This document shows, piece after piece, positions 63,193-64,000 of a stretch of 64,000 nt of DNA. The translations under genes and the position numbers were made by a program. The notes under the pieces are model-generated. The model was given only the letters and a program-made list of their open reading frames with translations. It did no database searches and was not told the DNA's origin. How positions within the stretch are numbered: the first letter of the stretch is position 1; every line of letters begins with the position of its first letter. The stretch comes from Stegostoma tigrinum (lineage: Eukaryota), in contig NC_081369.1 of NCBI RefSeq assembly GCF_030684315.1, forward strand, positions 2,904,689-2,968,688, written 5' to 3'.

Positions 63193-63875
63193 AATTGATT
63201 TCTGTTTGTGTACTGCCCAGTGCCACCCCGTTCCTGACCTCAATGAAACTTTCGTCTATGTATGGCAAAAAGACCTCATCCCCAAAATAAAATTCTGGTA
63301 GCGATAGCCATCAACATTCAGGTGTCATTTTACCGACTGTTGCATCAAGGAACTTGAGCAAATCTAGGGAGAAGAGTAAGGGGGTTTCGGAGACCATCCA
63401 CGGACTTGATACAATAACAAGACACTGACCTGTTTAGAAAAACACAAATCCTTTATTACCAAGCAAGCAGCAAAAGCTGTGGTGAATCGCTGTGCTTAAC
63501 CCGGCACAGAGTGCAGAGTCTCGTAAGTAATTCTCCCCGACAACAGACGAAGACAGGATACAAAACAATTATTACATCAAGAATATAAAAGACCGCGATA
63601 TAGTATCGATCGTTCGTGAAGTGACTGATAATGGCAGGAGGCGACTTCAAGTTGTTAACGTGACAGATTGTAAATTCAAGTTGCCGATGTGTCTGGCTGG
63701 AACAAAGTCGGCGCCCTGGGCCCTTTGTCAGAGACAGAAGTCACATACTTCAGAAGTCTCATACCTTTACAAATGCTCCTCACTTCACCTTATTTGAGAC
63801 AGTTTCCACATACCCCCGTGCAGGAAGATAAAGATTTGCACAATTTAACTCTAATTCTATTCAAGCAGGAAGCTT

Positions 63876-64000
63876 AAGGCAGTGTCAGCATACCTATGTG
63901 TAGGAAGATAAGGAGTTACAAAGTTTTACACCTAATTTCTAGTTGGGCATGAAGTTTGAAGGCAGTGCCTGCATACCCATATGTAGGCAGATAAAGGGCA
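63876..64000. repeat. Imperfect direct repeat with ~83-bp period running off the window end
   Basis: aaggcagtgtcagcatacctatgtgtaggaagataagg (63876) vs aaggcagtgcctgcatacccatatgtaggcagataaagg (63959). Confidence 0.7.

Noticed and set aside
63200-63430. cag|tgccaccc resembling the start of the copy A C1 exon, as a C1 exon for copy B
   Set aside because: No frame gives C1 motifs (Cys-x-FxP, W-x-KNG, YxCxVxH); multiple stops.

Overview
This is eukaryotic vertebrate DNA, almost certainly from a cartilaginous fish. The CR1 LINE, Deu-SINE and Penelope-derived repeat set looks like a carpet shark (zebra/bamboo shark type); the species call is inference. Most of the window is decayed CR1 LINE fragments on both strands, plus SINEs, an RTE element with a 5' inversion, a Rex1/Babar fragment and a decayed env-bearing LTR/retrovirus-like element (~6.9-10.4 kb). 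The key host content is two + strand paralogs ~33 kb apart of a non-rearranging, antigen-receptor-like Ig-superfamily gene. Each has a 55-nt leader exon and a 321-nt single-exon, germline-joined VJ-type V domain ending YYC-x10-NGSGTELxV, with no RSS seen. Copy A (23473-~29534) also has a C1-set exon and a candidate Tyr-bearing terminal exon, but is a pseudogene (frameshifts, nonsense codons). Copy B (from 56386) has intact leader and V exons; no C1 exon was found for it in the window. The copies share ~450 bp of upstream homology. Many short repeats carry minimal hammerhead-ribozyme-like cores (CTGATGA...GAAACGTC). Most short ORFs in the supplied track are LINE debris or noise. Repeat boundaries are approximate, read by eye.
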